A DNA stretch of 64,000 nt from Marinicella sp. (GCA_965230295.1 OZ246001.1:3360001-3424000), one strand, 5' to 3'; positions 9,956-19,326 are shown, counted from the stretch's first letter. Translations and numbers: made by a program. The notes: generated by a model not told the origin, from the letters alone.

Positions 9956-12900
9956 ATGAAATTTTCTATACCATTAAAATTAACATTCATTTCAATCATG
10001 GTGATGCTTGCTGGCATCCGTTCATCTGATGCGTCGTTGTTGGATCTTTCTCATGACCCGTTGTTTTTGAATCAATCAGTGCCACCTGCCATTGCAGTGA
10101 CTTTTGATGATTCAGGCAGTATGGCTTGGGGCTTTATGGGACAAGGATTGAGTAACAGTGGCAACACCTACGACACGCGGGGTTTCACTGACCCGACCAT
10201 CAACAGGATTTATTTCAACCCCAACATCAATTACAGGCCACCGATTGGTGCCGATGGCGTTGAATTTCCTCAGTCCAGTTTTACAGCGGCCAGAGTCGAT
10301 GGTTTTGATTCGACTTCAGCCACAGTTAACCTGGCACAAAACTACATTCCAATTGCCCGTTATTATTACTACAGTGATGGTGATTATCAAATAAGGTTTG
10401 CCAGAACCCCCAATACCCCTGGTGTTGATACCGTTATTCAAGGTAACTGGAATGATGCTTATCCCAATGCAACCGCAAGAAATGCCACGGGCAGGGCAGC
10501 CTACTATTATTTGGGCAATACACTGGTTACAGTGCCTACAGCACAACGTCAAAACTTTGCCAACTGGTACACCTATTACAACACCCGTTTGAAGCTGGGT
10601 AAATCTGCGGTCAGTCGTTCCTTTTCAACCTTTGGTCCAACATTTAAAATAGCTTGGCAACAGTTGAATCGCAACACGGTGTTTCCTGACTTGGATAAAT
10701 TTGAAGGCACTCACCGTGATAATTTCTTCGATTGGTTGTTCGATGTCCCATCCAATGGTGGTACACCTTTGAGGAATGCATTTTTCAGGGCAGGTACCAA
10801 ATTCACCCAATTGTCCAGTTATGATTCTGATGACTTCAACACACGTTTGTCTTGTCAGCAGAACTTCCACATCGCTATATCTGATGGTGAGTGGAATCAG
10901 AACTTAGGTTTCACTTCTGATCAGGATGAAACCAATCGGGCCAAACTGGCGGGAGACACAGATGATTTATACGGTGCCTACGATGGCAATGGAGAACAGG
11001 CCATTTACCCATTCAGTGAAAACGGCACCACACTGTCTGACATCGCTTTTCATTTTTGGCACAGAGATTTGGTCCCCACCTTAAATAATAATGTTAAAAG
11101 GTTCAAAGGTGATTACACCGATGCCGATGGTGACGACATCATATTGAACCCTGGGGAAGATGAATGGGACAATGCGGCCTTTGTTTGGAACCCCAAAAAT
11201 GACCCTGCCTACTGGCAACATATGGTGACTTATAACATTGGTATGGGTCTAGAGGCATCGCGGGTATTGGAATACGAAGCAGGCTTGTGGACTTGTCCGA
11301 ATCAACCGACCATAACTGATTCAGCTGAAGCGGTATTGGCTGGCTTGAGGGGTGGTGATTGTAACTGGCCGCCAGCCACCAATGGTGCCAATAAAATTGA
11401 TGATGTGTGGCATTCTTCGCTCAACAGCCGCGGTGAATTTTTTGGCGCAGATGACCCGGACCAACTGACTGCTTCATTGAATGCAGTGGTGAACAGCATC
11501 TTGGAGCGTTTGTCTCGTGGTGGTTCATCAACCGTATCTTCTGGTGTGATCACATCAGGTACCCAGGCCTATACACCGGGCTTTGATTCTTCCAACTGGA
11601 CGGGTAACTTACTGGCCAGACCTGTTAATTCAGACGGAGAGTTTGGCAGTGTAATCTGGGACTTTGCTTGTAAATTAACAGGTGGTTTTTGTGATGCCAC
11701 TGGCGCCACTGAAACAAAACAAGTCAACCGCAATATTTATGCTTACGACACAACGATTGATGATGTGGTTAGGCTGGTACCTGGTATGGGGGGTAATCTT
11801 GAAGCTGAAATGGCAAGCAATGCCAGTGATGTCATCACTCGATTAGGTACCTCAGTAGATGACATCATCCGTTTCATTAATGGAGACAACGATGTTGAAA
11901 TTCAGGGTGGCGGTAACCTCAGGAATCGTGACAACAAACTGTCAGATGTGGTGCATGCCAGTCCGATCATTCAACGAGGTCCTGGTGAAGCTTTTGATGA
12001 CACAAGATGGCCTGATCCATCAGCTGAAAAAACGGCTTACGACAATGGTAATGGCTACATAGATTACAAAATTGATAATGCCAACCGCACCAATGTGGTG
12101 TACATAGGCAGTAATTCAGGCATGCTACATGCCATCTATACAGAAGGTCCAAATCGTGGTCAAGAGATCTGGGGCTATGTTCCTGCCAAGGCTTTTGACA
12201 ACCTGCACCGCCTGGTGGATCCGATTTATGAACACTGGTCATACGTGGACAACACCCCCATCTTGGCAGATGCCTTCCTCAATAACAAATGGAGGAGCTT
12301 GTTAATTGGTGGTATGCGTTATGGTGGTCAAGCTTATTATGCTTTGGACGTGACCAACCCAACTGCCATCAGACCGGATGTTTTGTGGGAATTTTCTGAC
12401 GAAAACGATGCGGACATGGGGTATTCCTATGGCAGGGCAAGTGTCGCCAGAATCTCCAGTACGGGTGACTGGGTGGCTTTGATACCCAATGGCTACAACA
12501 ACTCAGAAGATGATGGCATCAAAGGTGATGGTACAGCTGTACTCTACGTGGTTAGGCTTCGCGATGGACAATTATTGGCTAAATTGGATACCAATGTAGG
12601 TTCAGCCACCACCCCCAATGGTATGGCACCGGCGCAACCTGTTGACTCCATTTGGGAAAGTGGGATTGCAGTGGGTACAGATCAAGGTGCTGATTTTGCC
12701 TATGCAGGTGATTTGTACGGTAACCTGTGGCGCTTCGATTTTAGAAGCAGTAATTATTCAGATTGGGAGTCCAGTTCAAACATTGTTAAAGTGTTTGATG
12801 GTGGTACCATTATGGATAGACCCATCACCGAACAACCCCGTGTGCTTTCTTTTGATGCAACCGCTGCGGGTGAATTTCCAGCACTTGTATATGAGAGGGA

Positions 12901-13561
12901 TGCTTTGGTGATGTTTGGTACCGGTAAATACTTAGAAGTTTCAGACCGTTCCATCAGTTTACCTGCTGATCAGTATTTGATTGGCTTTGTTGATTCTATC
13001 GATAACACCAATGTGTTCGATGTGAGTTCTCCAGAACTGGTTCCTCAATCCATGAATGCCTCGATCATTTCAGGTAACGGTGGTGAGCAAGGTTTCCGGG
13101 AATTTACTACCAACAATAAGGTTAAATACACCGGTGGTGAATGGGGTTGGAAGTTAAGGCTTTCAGAACAAGGAGAACGCATGACGAACCCGATGAGTTT
13201 AATTGGCTCTGACATACTGTTGGCTGCGTCCACAGTGACGGCAGGCGTTGACCCATGTGAAGCCGGGGGTCGAAGTTGGTTACTGGCTGTAGGTCCTTTA
13301 CATGGCGCCACACCCAGGTCTGGCGAGATCTTTGAAATTGAAGTCACTACCAACGATGTCAATGGGGATCCACAAACTGAAGTGTTTGACGGTGCAGGTG
13401 TCTTGGTTCAAGACTTGATTGTGGGCAGGCCGCCCATCATTGAAAATCAAGGTGGTGGTAATTCAAACATCATCATTGAAGGCGCCGGATCGACAACAGT
13501 GATAGAATTTAAAAAATTCACCTGGCGCCGACGTAATTGGTCAGATTTGTTAACTGAGTGA
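9956..13561 (+). CDS. pilY1: type IV pilus tip adhesin PilY1 (vWA + beta-propeller)
   Basis: Signal peptide; FDDSGSM MIDAS motif; NFANWYTYY, GTPL, WQHMVTY, NSGMLHA, YAGDLYGNLWRFD. Confidence 0.93.
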   Translation: MKFSIPLKLTFISIMVMLAGIRSSDASLLDLSHDPLFLNQSVPPAIAVTFDDSGSMAWGFMGQGLSNSGNTYDTRGFTDPTINRIYFNPNINYRPPIGADGVEFPQSSFTAARVDGFDSTSATVNLAQNYIPIARYYYYSDGDYQIRFARTPNTPGVDTVIQGNWNDAYPNATARNATGRAAYYYLGNTLVTVPTAQRQNFANWYTYYNTRLKLGKSAVSRSFSTFGPTFKIAWQQLNRNTVFPDLDKFEGTHRDNFFDWLFDVPSNGGTPLRNAFFRAGTKFTQLSSYDSDDFNTRLSCQQNFHIAISDGEWNQNLGFTSDQDETNRAKLAGDTDDLYGAYDGNGEQAIYPFSENGTTLSDIAFHFWHRDLVPTLNNNVKRFKGDYTDADGDDIILNPGEDEWDNAAFVWNPKNDPAYWQHMVTYNIGMGLEASRVLEYEAGLWTCPNQPTITDSAEAVLAGLRGGDCNWPPATNGANKIDDVWHSSLNSRGEFFGADDPDQLTASLNAVVNSILERLSRGGSSTVSSGVITSGTQAYTPGFDSSNWTGNLLARPVNSDGEFGSVIWDFACKLTGGFCDATGATETKQVNRNIYAYDTTIDDVVRLVPGMGGNLEAEMASNASDVITRLGTSVDDIIRFINGDNDVEIQGGGNLRNRDNKLSDVVHASPIIQRGPGEAFDDTRWPDPSAEKTAYDNGNGYIDYKIDNANRTNVVYIGSNSGMLHAIYTEGPNRGQEIWGYVPAKAFDNLHRLVDPIYEHWSYVDNTPILADAFLNNKWRSLLIGGMRYGGQAYYALDVTNPTAIRPDVLWEFSDENDADMGYSYGRASVARISSTGDWVALIPNGYNNSEDDGIKGDGTAVLYVVRLRDGQLLAKLDTNVGSATTPNGMAPAQPVDSIWESGIAVGTDQGADFAYAGDLYGNLWRFDFRSSNYSDWESSSNIVKVFDGGTIMDRPITEQPRVLSFDATAAGEFPALVYERDALVMFGTGKYLEVSDRSISLPADQYLIGFVDSIDNTNVFDVSSPELVPQSMNASIISGNGGEQGFREFTTNNKVKYTGGEWGWKLRLSEQGERMTNPMSLIGSDILLAASTVTAGVDPCEAGGRSWLLAVGPLHGATPRSGEIFEIEVTTNDVNGDPQTEVFDGAGVLVQDLIVGRPPIIENQGGGNSNIIIEGAGSTTVIEFKKFTWRRRNWSDLLTE

Positions 13562-13569
13562 GAATTGAT

Positions 13570-13908
13570 ATGAAAAAATTAAATAAAATTTATATGTTTT
13601 TGTTGTTGTTATTGATTTCAGTTAATGCAATTTCAGAGCCTTCAGTGTCAGAACTGGTTTATGCAGAATTAGGTAAAGTAGATGCCAGATCCAACACGCT
13701 GGTGGTGGCTGGTAACACTTATAGCTATAAGTTGGACCTTGAAAACTCCAGTTATAAATCAGATCAAGACATGGCAACCAGCTTAAATTTAAGAGATCTT
13801 CGGCCCGGTAATATGTATTATTTTGAAATGATTTACAAAGGCCAAAACAAGAGGAATGCCCGATTTTCTGATATAATTTTTATATCAGAAAGTGCACCCT
13901 CGGAGTAG
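13570..13908 (+). CDS. small exported protein in the PilY2 position
   Basis: Signal peptide (MKKLNKIYMFLLLLLISVNAIS); located between pilY1 and pilE; no recognised family. Confidence 0.6.
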   Translation: MKKLNKIYMFLLLLLISVNAISEPSVSELVYAELGKVDARSNTLVVAGNTYSYKLDLENSSYKSDQDMATSLNLRDLRPGNMYYFEMIYKGQNKRNARFSDIIFISESAPSE

Positions 13909-13911
13909 ATT

Positions 13912-14322
13912 ATGAAGAAAACATCTGGCTTTACGCTGATCGAGTTGTTGGTAGTCATTGCAATCATTGCATTACTCGCCTCCTATGCTGTACCCAGCTA
14001 CCGCCAATATGTGGTCCAAAGCAAACGTGCTGAGGCACATGCCAAGTTACTTGAAGTAGCAGGTATGTATGAAAAATTTTATGCCAATACCAACACTTAT
14101 CCAACCAACGTGACTGGTGGCGGTACTGCATTGTCATTAAACAATTCATATTTACGCTGGGATGACTACCGAATCATCCAGGCCGGTAATTCTGGTGGGG
14201 CCACCTGGCGAATCCAAGCCAACGCGCGGAATGAACAGCGCAATGATGATCCAAGTTGCCAGCGTATATGGGTCGATAACTTAGGCCGCCGAGGGCCTAA
14301 TGACGAATGTTGGAACAACTGA
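13912..14322 (+). CDS. pilE: type IV minor pilin PilE, copy 1
   Basis: G/FTLIELLVVIAII, PSYRQYVVQSKRAEA, C-terminal Cys pair ending CWNN. Confidence 0.9.
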   Translation: MKKTSGFTLIELLVVIAIIALLASYAVPSYRQYVVQSKRAEAHAKLLEVAGMYEKFYANTNTYPTNVTGGGTALSLNNSYLRWDDYRIIQAGNSGGATWRIQANARNEQRNDDPSCQRIWVDNLGRRGPNDECWNN

Positions 14323-14387
14323 ATGGCCAATTAATTGAAATTAATAGGGCGGGGTGATTATATTTTTTGATATAAATCCTCTACATG

Positions 14388-14420
14388 AAAAGCTGCCTGA
14401 ATAATGGCAGCTTTTTTTTT
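14388..14420 (+). terminator. intrinsic terminator after pilE copy 1
   Basis: AAAAGCTGCC-tgaataat-GGCAGC followed by T9. Confidence 0.85.
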
Positions 14421-14793
14421 ATAAAATTTTAATCCTTGAATGCTCAGCAATGTTGTTGAGTCAATATTGATGATCTCATGATCAACTTAACATCGATATC
14501 TTTTGTCCCGATCATTTATTTTGTAAAACGTTGATATTGATTTATTAATAATTCCAAAAAAACCTTGGCAATCTTTGTTGATAATTTTCTTTGAATTGTC
14601 ATATAAAATGTCCATTCTTTTCGCATCGGGTGTCATTAAAACCCTGGATTTACACAAATATGACAAAATTTGTCATTAATCGGCTGTTTTGTGACCTGTT
14701 TCATTTAAATGATAGCCAATAAATGTTAGAGTAATTGATGAAAATCATGATAAATTAAACATATTTGTACATATTAAATCTTGGGAGTGTGCT

Positions 14794-15204
14794 ATGAAAA
14801 AAATGAAAGGGTTTACCCTGATTGAATTATTGATAGTGATAGGTATCATTGCTTTGTTGGCATCTTATGCAGTACCCAGTTATCGCGATTATGTAGTACA
14901 AAGCAAACGGGCTGAAGCCCATGCGAAGCTGCTTGAAGTTTCCGGAATGTATGAAAAATTTTATGCCAATACCAATAGTTACCCAACCAATGTGTCCGGT
15001 GGCGGTACGGCATTGTCTTTGAGCAACGATTTTCTTCAATGGGATGATTACACCATTTCTCAATCTGCCAATGCGGGAGTGGCTACTTGGCGAATTGAAG
15101 CCAGTGCACGAGGCGGGCAAAGTACCGATGATACCAACTGTGGAACCATTTGGTTAGATAATCTAGGTAACAGGGGTCCCAGTGATGAATGTTGGAATAA
15201 CTGA
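14794..15204 (+). CDS. pilE: type IV minor pilin PilE, copy 2
   Basis: Same length as copy 1 (136 aa), 105/136 identical by manual alignment; own RBS (GGGAG). Confidence 0.9.
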   Translation: MKKMKGFTLIELLIVIGIIALLASYAVPSYRDYVVQSKRAEAHAKLLEVSGMYEKFYANTNSYPTNVSGGGTALSLSNDFLQWDDYTISQSANAGVATWRIEASARGGQSTDDTNCGTIWLDNLGNRGPSDECWNN

Positions 15205-15219
15205 ATAAAAAAATAAGTT

Positions 15220-15693
15220 TTATTCGGATTGGCCCTTCAGTAAACGTTGTTTCTGTCTGTTCCAGTCCCTTTCTTTTGAAGCTGCACGTTTATCGTGCAG
15301 CTTTTTACCTTGTGCCAGGATAACTTTCAACTTAACTTTTCCATTGATCCAATACAAGCTTCTGGCAACCAATGTGAGGCCCTTTCGCTCTACTGAGCCA
15401 ATGAGATGATTGATCTGATGGCGGTGTAACAGTAATTTTTTCAATCGATTGGGTTCAGCAACTATATGTGTGGATGCCGTATTCAACGGCGTCACATGAC
15501 AATTGGTTAAGTATATTTCTCCGTCTTTGATGAACACATAGCTTTCTGCCAGATTGACTTTACCAGCGCGCATGGATTTGACTTCCCAGCCCTGTAACTC
15601 AATGCCGGCTTCAAATTCTTCAATAAAATGGTATTCATGGGATGCCTTTTTGTTGACGACAATGGTATTATCCTTTTTCTTTGTTTTGGCCAT
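15220..15693 (-). CDS. smpB: SsrA-binding protein
   Basis: NKKASHEY, EAGIELQGWEVKSMR, KLLLH, GKKLHDKR. Confidence 0.98.
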   Translation of the reverse strand: MAKTKKKDNTIVVNKKASHEYHFIEEFEAGIELQGWEVKSMRAGKVNLAESYVFIKDGEIYLTNCHVTPLNTASTHIVAEPNRLKKLLLHRHQINHLIGSVERKGLTLVARSLYWINGKVKLKVILAQGKKLHDKRAASKERDWNRQKQRLLKGQSE

Positions 15694-15779
15694 GCAATGA
15701 GTGTAGTTTCTATGGATGCTAGATTTTATTTAATTTCTACCTAAATTGCACCCACGATATTTTAAATGAGACTAATACC

Positions 15780-16226
15780 ATGTCAGAAATCATAAAATCA
15801 GCCATTGTTCCATACAACAGTAAGCAAATGCTGGACCTTGTCAATGATGTTGAAAAGTATCCAGACTTTCTCAAGTGGTGTAAAAAAGGTTACATTGAAA
15901 GCGCTTTCGATGGAGGTTATACGGCTGGTATGACCATCAAAATAAAAGGTGTACAAGTTGATTTTGTGACAGAAAACAACATGGCTGAAGAGGGCGATTT
16001 GATCAACCTGTTCATGACTTTAGTCAGGGGGCCATTTAAAAACCTAACCGGTGAGTGGCGATTCCATCAATACCCTGAATTTGGTTCAAAAGTAGAATTA
16101 CAACTACAGTATGAAATCAAGTCTCAATTATTGGGTAGAATGTTTGCCAAGGGGTTTGATCAGGTGGCCGCTCATTTGGTCAATGATTTTGTTAACAGGG
16201 CAGGGGTGATTTATGCTGAAAATTGA
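15780..16226 (+). CDS. ratA: RatA/Coq10-like START-domain protein
   Basis: LVNDVEKYPDFLKWC, GPFKNLTGEWRF; divergent from smpB as in other gammaproteobacteria. Confidence 0.88.
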   Translation: MSEIIKSAIVPYNSKQMLDLVNDVEKYPDFLKWCKKGYIESAFDGGYTAGMTIKIKGVQVDFVTENNMAEEGDLINLFMTLVRGPFKNLTGEWRFHQYPEFGSKVELQLQYEIKSQLLGRMFAKGFDQVAAHLVNDFVNRAGVIYAEN

Positions 16227-16491
16227 ATTGATTTATGCCACTTTGGAACACCAGAACCTGCTTCAATTGAATGTGCCTGAAGGTTCAGACATCAGTTACT
16301 GTATCGAAACATCGGGGATTAAAAATCAATTCCCGGAAATTGATTTATCCACCATGAAAGTGGGTATTTTTAGTCAGGTTAAACCACTGAATCATTTGGT
16401 ACAATCAGGAGACAGGATAGAAATCTATAGACCCTTAATCGCTGACCCTAAAGCGGTTCGCAGAAAAAAAGCAGAAGCTGCTAAGAAATAA
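16213..16491 (+). CDS. ratB: RatB/RnfH ubiquitin-like protein
   Basis: GDRIEIYRPLIADPKAVRR motif. Confidence 0.9.
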   Translation: MLKIELIYATLEHQNLLQLNVPEGSDISYCIETSGIKNQFPEIDLSTMKVGIFSQVKPLNHLVQSGDRIEIYRPLIADPKAVRRKKAEAAKK

Positions 16492-16496
16492 ACGCC

Positions 16497-16832
16497 CTAG
16501 TCCACCTCAGTGGTGGTCACATCTTCTTTGTTTGGAAAGTAGTTACCTTCTGTTCTTACCAACTTATTGTCTTCAAAAAACAAACTCAGTTTCTTGATTT
16601 TTTTGAACTCACCTTTGACTTTGCTGGTGTTGATGTAATCCCATCGGTCTTGGTTGAATGGGTCAGCAACAGTGGGTGTACCCAGGATGATGACCACTTG
16701 TTGTTTGGACATGCCTGGTTTCACTTCATCTATGTCTTCCTGCTTTAAAATGTTGCCTTGTTGGACCGGTGTTTTGTAACAAGCTGTGAGTCCAGTAAAT
16801 GCAAGCAATGTGGCAATAAGAATAATTTTCAT
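16497..16832 (-). CDS. bamE: outer membrane assembly lipoprotein BamE
   Basis: Lipobox LTAC; QQGN, GMSKQQV, LGTP, RWDY; divergent from fur. Confidence 0.95.
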   Translation of the reverse strand: MKIILIATLLAFTGLTACYKTPVQQGNILKQEDIDEVKPGMSKQQVVIILGTPTVADPFNQDRWDYINTSKVKGEFKKIKKLSLFFEDNKLVRTEGNYFPNKEDVTTTEVD

Positions 16833-16903
16833 TTCAATAAGCTATTCAAAAATCAATCGAGAATGATACAATAAAATCTATTAAATAACAGTTAATTCTT
16901 GCG

Positions 16904-17302
16904 ATGAGCAAAAAAGAAATTAAAGAAGCCGGCTTAAAGGTTACCTTACCCAGATTACAAATACTCGAATTTTTAAGTAACAACAAGGGCAAGCACTTTA
17001 CTGCTGAAGACCTTTACGATGAAATGAAGTCTGCTGACCATGACATTGGACTGGCTACCATTTATCGTGTGCTTAACCAGTTTGAAACTGCAGGATTGGT
17101 CAGTAAAAACCAATTCGAAAACACCCAAGCGGTCTATGAATTGGATACAGGAGAACACCATGATCATATGGTGGATGTAGATACAGGAAAAGTACTCGAG
17201 TTTTATGATTCTGAACTAGAAAAGTTACAAGTGAAAATTGCCAATAAACACGGTTATGAATTGATTGATCACAAATTGGTCTTGTATGTAAAAAAGCAAT
17301 AA
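16904..17302 (+). CDS. fur: ferric uptake regulator
   Basis: GLKVTLPRLQIL, IGLATIYRVLNQFE, HHDHMV; Cys-less type. Confidence 0.96.
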   Translation: MSKKEIKEAGLKVTLPRLQILEFLSNNKGKHFTAEDLYDEMKSADHDIGLATIYRVLNQFETAGLVSKNQFENTQAVYELDTGEHHDHMVDVDTGKVLEFYDSELEKLQVKIANKHGYELIDHKLVLYVKKQ

Positions 17303-17659
17303 ATGGATATTTATAAAGAGTTCTATTTAGAATCGGCTCATTGGCTGCCGCATGTTCCTGAAGGTCATAAATGCGGTAATTTACATGGCCACTCATTCAA
17401 AATCATCATTCAATTGAGTGGAGATCCTGACCCTCAAATGGGTTGGATTGTGGATTTTGCAGAGATCAAAGCTGCATTCAAGCCGATCTATGATCAACTG
17501 GATCATGCGTGCTTAAACCACATCGATGGGTTAAGTAATCCCACCAGTGAAAATTTAGCCATATGGATCTGGCAACATCTGAAGCCAAACTTACCTCAGT
17601 TGTCGCAAATTGAGGTCTGTGAGACATGTACATCCGGCTGTAAATACACGGGTTCTTGA
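17303..17659 (+). CDS. queD: 6-carboxytetrahydropterin synthase
   Basis: [28 protein letters not shown] motifs. Confidence 0.95.
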   Translation: MDIYKEFYLESAHWLPHVPEGHKCGNLHGHSFKIIIQLSGDPDPQMGWIVDFAEIKAAFKPIYDQLDHACLNHIDGLSNPTSENLAIWIWQHLKPNLPQLSQIEVCETCTSGCKYTGS

Positions 17660-17752
17660 TTGGAATCAGGGAATTTATGGATTGGCTTTGTTCATCATCC
17701 TTAAGTACTGAACAGAAACAAAAAAAAATTAACAAATTCTGCGGAAAAATAT

Positions 17753-17781
17753 TTGACTATGGTCAGATAAATGCCGATAAT
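17753..17781 (+). promoter_or_regulatory. sigma70 stable-RNA promoter
   Basis: TTGACT-N17-GATAAT with upstream A-tracts and a GC-containing discriminator just before tRNA-Ala. Confidence 0.7.
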
Positions 17782-17796
17782 ACGCATCCTCTTTGT

Positions 17797-17872
17797 GGGG
17801 CTATAGCTCAGCTGGGAGAGCGCAACACTGGCAGTGTTGAGGTCAGCGGTTCGATCCCGCTTAGCTCCACCA
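17797..17872 (+). tRNA. tRNA-Ala(GGC)
   Basis: GGGGCTATAGCTCAGCTGGGAGAGCG; anticodon arm CAACA-CTGGCAG-TGTTG; GGTTCGATCC; encoded CCA. Confidence 0.97.
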
Positions 17873-17918
17873 CTAAGAGGCTTTGTATAAACAAAGTGTA
17901 GTTAATTAAGTGTCCTGT

Positions 17919-17994
17919 GTCCCCTTCGTCTAGTGGCCTAGGACCCCGCCCTTTCACGGCGGTAACAGGGGTTCGAGTCCCCTAGGGGACGCCA
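17919..17994 (+). tRNA. tRNA-Glu(TTC), copy 1
   Basis: GTCCCCTTCGTCTAGTGGCCTAGGAC; anticodon loop CTTTCAC; GGTTCGAGTCC; ends GGGGACGCCA. Confidence 0.97.
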
Positions 17995-18057
17995 GTTTAT
18001 TGATTGATCTTGTCAATAGATTGTCACTTGAAATGCCAAGATCAGATAATGTCCTGA

Positions 18058-18133
18058 GTCCCCTTCGTCTAGTGGCCTAGGACCCCGCCCTTTCACGGCG
18101 GTAACAGGGGTTCGAGTCCCCTAGGGGACGCCA
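18058..18133 (+). tRNA. tRNA-Glu(TTC), copy 2
   Basis: Identical 76-nt sequence to copy 1. Confidence 0.97.
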
Positions 18134-18196
18134 GCATGACTTTTCGATGATCATCCATCAGAATATCAATTGCTTTTTAATGACAGGCCTGCAGGC

Positions 18197-19180
18197 TTAC
18201 TGGCCTCTGGTCCATGCATAATCACACAGAAACATCAGTGCCATTTTGGCATCAGAGGCAGGTAGATTATCGAGTTTGTTTTTGGCAGCCGCTGCTTTTT
18301 CCTTGGCTTGGTTCAGTGTGTAATCAATCGCACCAGAGTCAAGCACCATTGTTTTTACGGCTGAGAAATCTGCATCATCTGGATTTTCGATTGCGTTGAT
18401 GATTTGATTTTTTTGCTGTTCATCGCCATGCTTTAATAGATAGATTAAAGGCATGGTTAATTTACCTTCTTTGAAGTCATCACCCAGGTTTTTTCCTAAG
18501 TCTTCATCCTTGGCGGTGTAGTCCAGTACGTCATCAGCAATTTGAAAGGCCGTTCCCAACAACATCCCAAACTTGGCCAGTTCCTGCTGTAATGATTGAT
18601 CTTGTTCAGCAATGACAGCAGCCAGCTGACAGGCCGCTTCGAATAACTTGGCTGTCTTGTTGGCGATGATTTCATAATAAGCGTCTTCGGTGATGTCAAT
18701 GTTGCCAATATTCAGCAATTGTTGAACTTCACCTTCAGATATTTTATTGGTGGCATTGGATAAAATAGACATCACTTGCATGTTGTCAGCCTTGACCATC
18801 ATCTGAAAAGATTTTGAGTACAGAAAATCACCCACCAAGACACTGGCAGAGTTGCCCCAGATTTCATGGGAGGTTTTTTCGCCGCGGCGCATTTCAGATT
18901 CATCAACCACATCATCATGCAACAAAGTGGCGGTGTGGATTAACTCAATGACTGCAGCTAAATTGATGTTTTGTTCTCCATCATAATCACAAGCTTCAGC
19001 AATCAACAGCATCAACATCGGTCGCAAGCGTTTGCCGCCGTTGCTGATGATGTACTCGGCAATCTGATTGATCAGGATAACTTCAGAGTTCAGTTGGTTG
19101 CGCAAATGTTCATTGACCTCATTCATGCCCAAGTCTGTAAGTTTAATGACGTCGTTGATGTGGGTGACGGTGTTTTCCAT
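18197..19180 (-). CDS. ispB: octaprenyl/polyprenyl diphosphate synthase
   Basis: GGKRLRP, IHTATLLHDDVVD, RRG, FQIADDVLDY, GKNLGDD. Confidence 0.93.
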   Translation of the reverse strand: MENTVTHINDVIKLTDLGMNEVNEHLRNQLNSEVILINQIAEYIISNGGKRLRPMLMLLIAEACDYDGEQNINLAAVIELIHTATLLHDDVVDESEMRRGEKTSHEIWGNSASVLVGDFLYSKSFQMMVKADNMQVMSILSNATNKISEGEVQQLLNIGNIDITEDAYYEIIANKTAKLFEAACQLAAVIAEQDQSLQQELAKFGMLLGTAFQIADDVLDYTAKDEDLGKNLGDDFKEGKLTMPLIYLLKHGDEQQKNQIINAIENPDDADFSAVKTMVLDSGAIDYTLNQAKEKAAAAKNKLDNLPASDAKMALMFLCDYAWTRGQ

Positions 19181-19326
19181 TGCTATGCCAGCGTGTTTGC
19201 GTAATTGTGGTCGCCATTATATAAGAGCAGGTGATATAGATACAGGCTTGTCAGTAAATATATTTCAGTATACATGGAATTATTCATTGGTCTGATTTAA
19301 TAAGTTTGGTACCATTCGCAACCATT

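Noticed and set aside
14564-14582. sigma54 promoter at TTGGCAATCTTTGTTG
   Set aside because: Has the -24 GG but no GC at the -12 position
14421-15219. tmRNA (ssrA) downstream of smpB
   Set aside because: No GGGGCTG.../...TCCACCA tRNA-like ends or tag reading frame; the region holds pilE copy 2 and an AT-rich spacer
15780-16491. ratA-ratB as a novel toxin-antitoxin or defence system
   Set aside because: Conserved core smpB-ratA-ratB-bamE arrangement; RatA is Coq10-like
17656-17901. 81-aa ORF after queD
   Set aside because: Overlaps the tRNA promoter and tRNA-Ala; spurious
17797-18196. tRNA cluster as an island integration site
   Set aside because: No integrase, no displaced tRNA 3' fragment, and housekeeping genes on both sides
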